Assembly: GCF_000196355.1 (NCBI RefSeq)
Contig: NC_007616.1
Span: 1 to 17,036 of the forward strand
DNA length: 17,036 bases
Source: Nitrosospira multiformis ATCC 25196
GTDB taxonomy: Bacteria > Pseudomonadota > Gammaproteobacteria > Burkholderiales > Nitrosomonadaceae
Direction: 5' to 3'
Positions 15,664-17,036 of this stretch are shown here, piece by piece. Both the position numbers and the translations under genes were made by a program. The notes below the pieces were generated by a model. The model was not told the DNA's origin, ran no database searches, and was given only the letters and a program-made list of their open reading frames with translations. Numbering within the stretch: the stretch's first letter is position 1; every line of letters starts with the position of its first letter.

Positions 15664-16426
15664 CCCTCCACCAGAAGGGGCCAGATGGGATATCCCGGAC
15701 TGGAGCCCCGTTCAGGAAGCCGATTCTGATAAGCACAAGTCCTATCTTGACCAGCTAGACGAGTTACAGGACCTGCGCCGACAGCTCGCTGACATGAAGA
15801 ACCGTCCCCCCGAGCAACCTGCGCAACCTGAGCAAAAGGACAATTTCGAAACAAGAAGCGCCGCAATCAAATCTCTTATCATCAAGCTTGACACCATAGC
15901 ACGCCGTAATCCGCCTGCTATCCTAGACGATGAAGATATAAATGGCAGGTTTGATGCTATCGAGGCATTCTTGAAGAAATACGGTCTTCTCAATATCGGA
16001 ACCCAACGATCTTACAATTCTCCATTTCTCACATTAGGGCAAGCTGCCCGATCAGATCTGGAAATAAATCTGGCCGAGCTTGAGGTAGCACGCACTCATT
16101 TCCTTCGATGGCACGGCTCGATGGCAAAAAATCTGCCCCCTCCGCCAAAAACTGAACCCAGCGGTATTATTAACCGCATGATTGAGCTATATCACTATCC
16201 AAGAAAAGAGGATCCCGAGATTGCGCATATCAAAGCCTACTTAGGGACAGAGTATATTAAATTTAATCCCCAGGGAGTGGCATCTGAAACCGACAAGAAT
16301 TCATTTAAAACAATAGCTTTAAAAAAACTCCCATTTGAGATGCGGGTATTGAAATACTGTTTGGAGCTTTGGGTTATTGCTCTAATTGGAATGCTAATAG
16401 GCGGTTTAATACGCCTCTTCATATGA
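15653..16426 (+). CDS. Hypothetical protein with a C-terminal transmembrane segment
   Basis: 257 aa. Overlaps the traG-like 3' end by 11 bp. Ends ELWVIALIGMLIGGLIRLFI (tail-anchor-like). Confidence 0.7.
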   Translation: MTHNPPPEGARWDIPDWSPVQEADSDKHKSYLDQLDELQDLRRQLADMKNRPPEQPAQPEQKDNFETRSAAIKSLIIKLDTIARRNPPAILDDEDINGRFDAIEAFLKKYGLLNIGTQRSYNSPFLTLGQAARSDLEINLAELEVARTHFLRWHGSMAKNLPPPPKTEPSGIINRMIELYHYPRKEDPEIAHIKAYLGTEYIKFNPQGVASETDKNSFKTIALKKLPFEMRVLKYCLELWVIALIGMLIGGLIRLFI

Positions 16427-16441
16427 TAGAGACAAAAAAAA

Positions 16442-16705
16442 TTGAACGTATTTTCGGTCATTGCAACCACTCTTAAAGTAGCGAGATTTCTCACCGTTAA
16501 GGCGGGCTTATGCGAAAACTGCAATATTCGTAAACCGATATGTCAATGCAAAAATTGCGACGCTAATATTTGCGAAAAATGTGTCGAATGGATTTATTGG
16601 AGCAGGCGTCAGTATAACGAGAGGTCGCGGAAAGCATATGGACCCAATGCCCACCAAACTGATTATATAGAGTGTCCAATATGCAACAAACCATGGCAAG
16701 AATAA
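16442..16705 (+). CDS. Small Cys-rich putative zinc-binding protein (start uncertain, TTG)
   Basis: CENCNIRKPICQCKNCDANICEKC...IECPICNKPW: four CxxC motifs plus additional Cys. Confidence 0.5.
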   Translation: MNVFSVIATTLKVARFLTVKAGLCENCNIRKPICQCKNCDANICEKCVEWIYWSRRQYNERSRKAYGPNAHQTDYIECPICNKPWQE

Positions 16706-16722
16706 TGGAGAGGACGCTACCC

Positions 16723-17036
16723 CTAAAAGCTATATAGCTTGTTTGCCTTCAGCGCACGACGCAGGGTGCCTCGATCAACGTTCAATAGCCCTGCCATACC
16801 AGAAACCGTTTCCCGCCCCTCCCGCACCATCTGCGCTGCATGATTGATCTGTTCTTGGCTCAGCTTCCCGGGACGACCTACATGCTTTCCCCGCCGCCTG
16901 GCCGCCTGCATCCCTGCCTTTGAACGCTCCGATATCAATGACCGCTCGAACTCGGCCAGAGCGCCCATGATGTGAAAAACCAGTTTCCCTCCGGCAGTCG
17001 TTGTGTCGATCCCGTCTGAGAGGCTTTCAAACCCAG
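16723..17036 (-). CDS. Serine recombinase/resolvase, C-terminal half (joins to 1..256)
   Basis: Reverse complement of the end reads GFESLSDGIDTTTAGGKLVFHIMGALAEFERSLISERSKAGMQAARRRGKHVGRPGKLSQEQINHAAQMVREGRETVSGMAGLLNVDRGTLRRALKANKLYSF. Combined length with 1..256 is 570 nt. Confidence 0.96.
   Translation of the reverse strand, partial: GFESLSDGIDTTTAGGKLVFHIMGALAEFERSLISERSKAGMQAARRRGKHVGRPGKLSQEQINHAAQMVREGRETVSGMAGLLNVDRGTLRRALKANKLYSF

Overview
The window appears to be one complete small circular mobilizable plasmid of 17,036 bp. A serine resolvase is split across the two ends and rejoins in perfect frame: complement(join(16723..17036,1..256)), 190 codons including stop. Backbone: ParA plus a small RHH-like partner; a RepA/RPA-type initiator with DnaA-box-like and iteron-like repeats; MobC and a relaxase; a candidate oriT region; and an operon with a VirD4/TraG-like ATPase that lacks an N-terminal membrane segment and carries a long Ser/Asn/Gly-rich insert. 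Accessory cargo: an Abi_2/AbiF/AbiD-like HEPN protein preceded by about 200 nt of stacked hairpins (candidate ncRNA partner); an XRE regulator/ImmA-IrrE protease pair divergent from two tiny genes (YjzC-like and DUF3892-like), with an IS3-family element ending on the DUF3892 stop codon; and a PstI/BsuBI-like restriction-modification pair. The best candidates for an undescribed system are (1) the abi locus with its structured leader, (2) the XRE-ImmA // YjzC-DUF3892 module, and (3) the TM-less coupling-protein operon with its hydrophilic, tail-anchored and Cys-rich partners. All family names come from motif recognition by eye; no database search was run.
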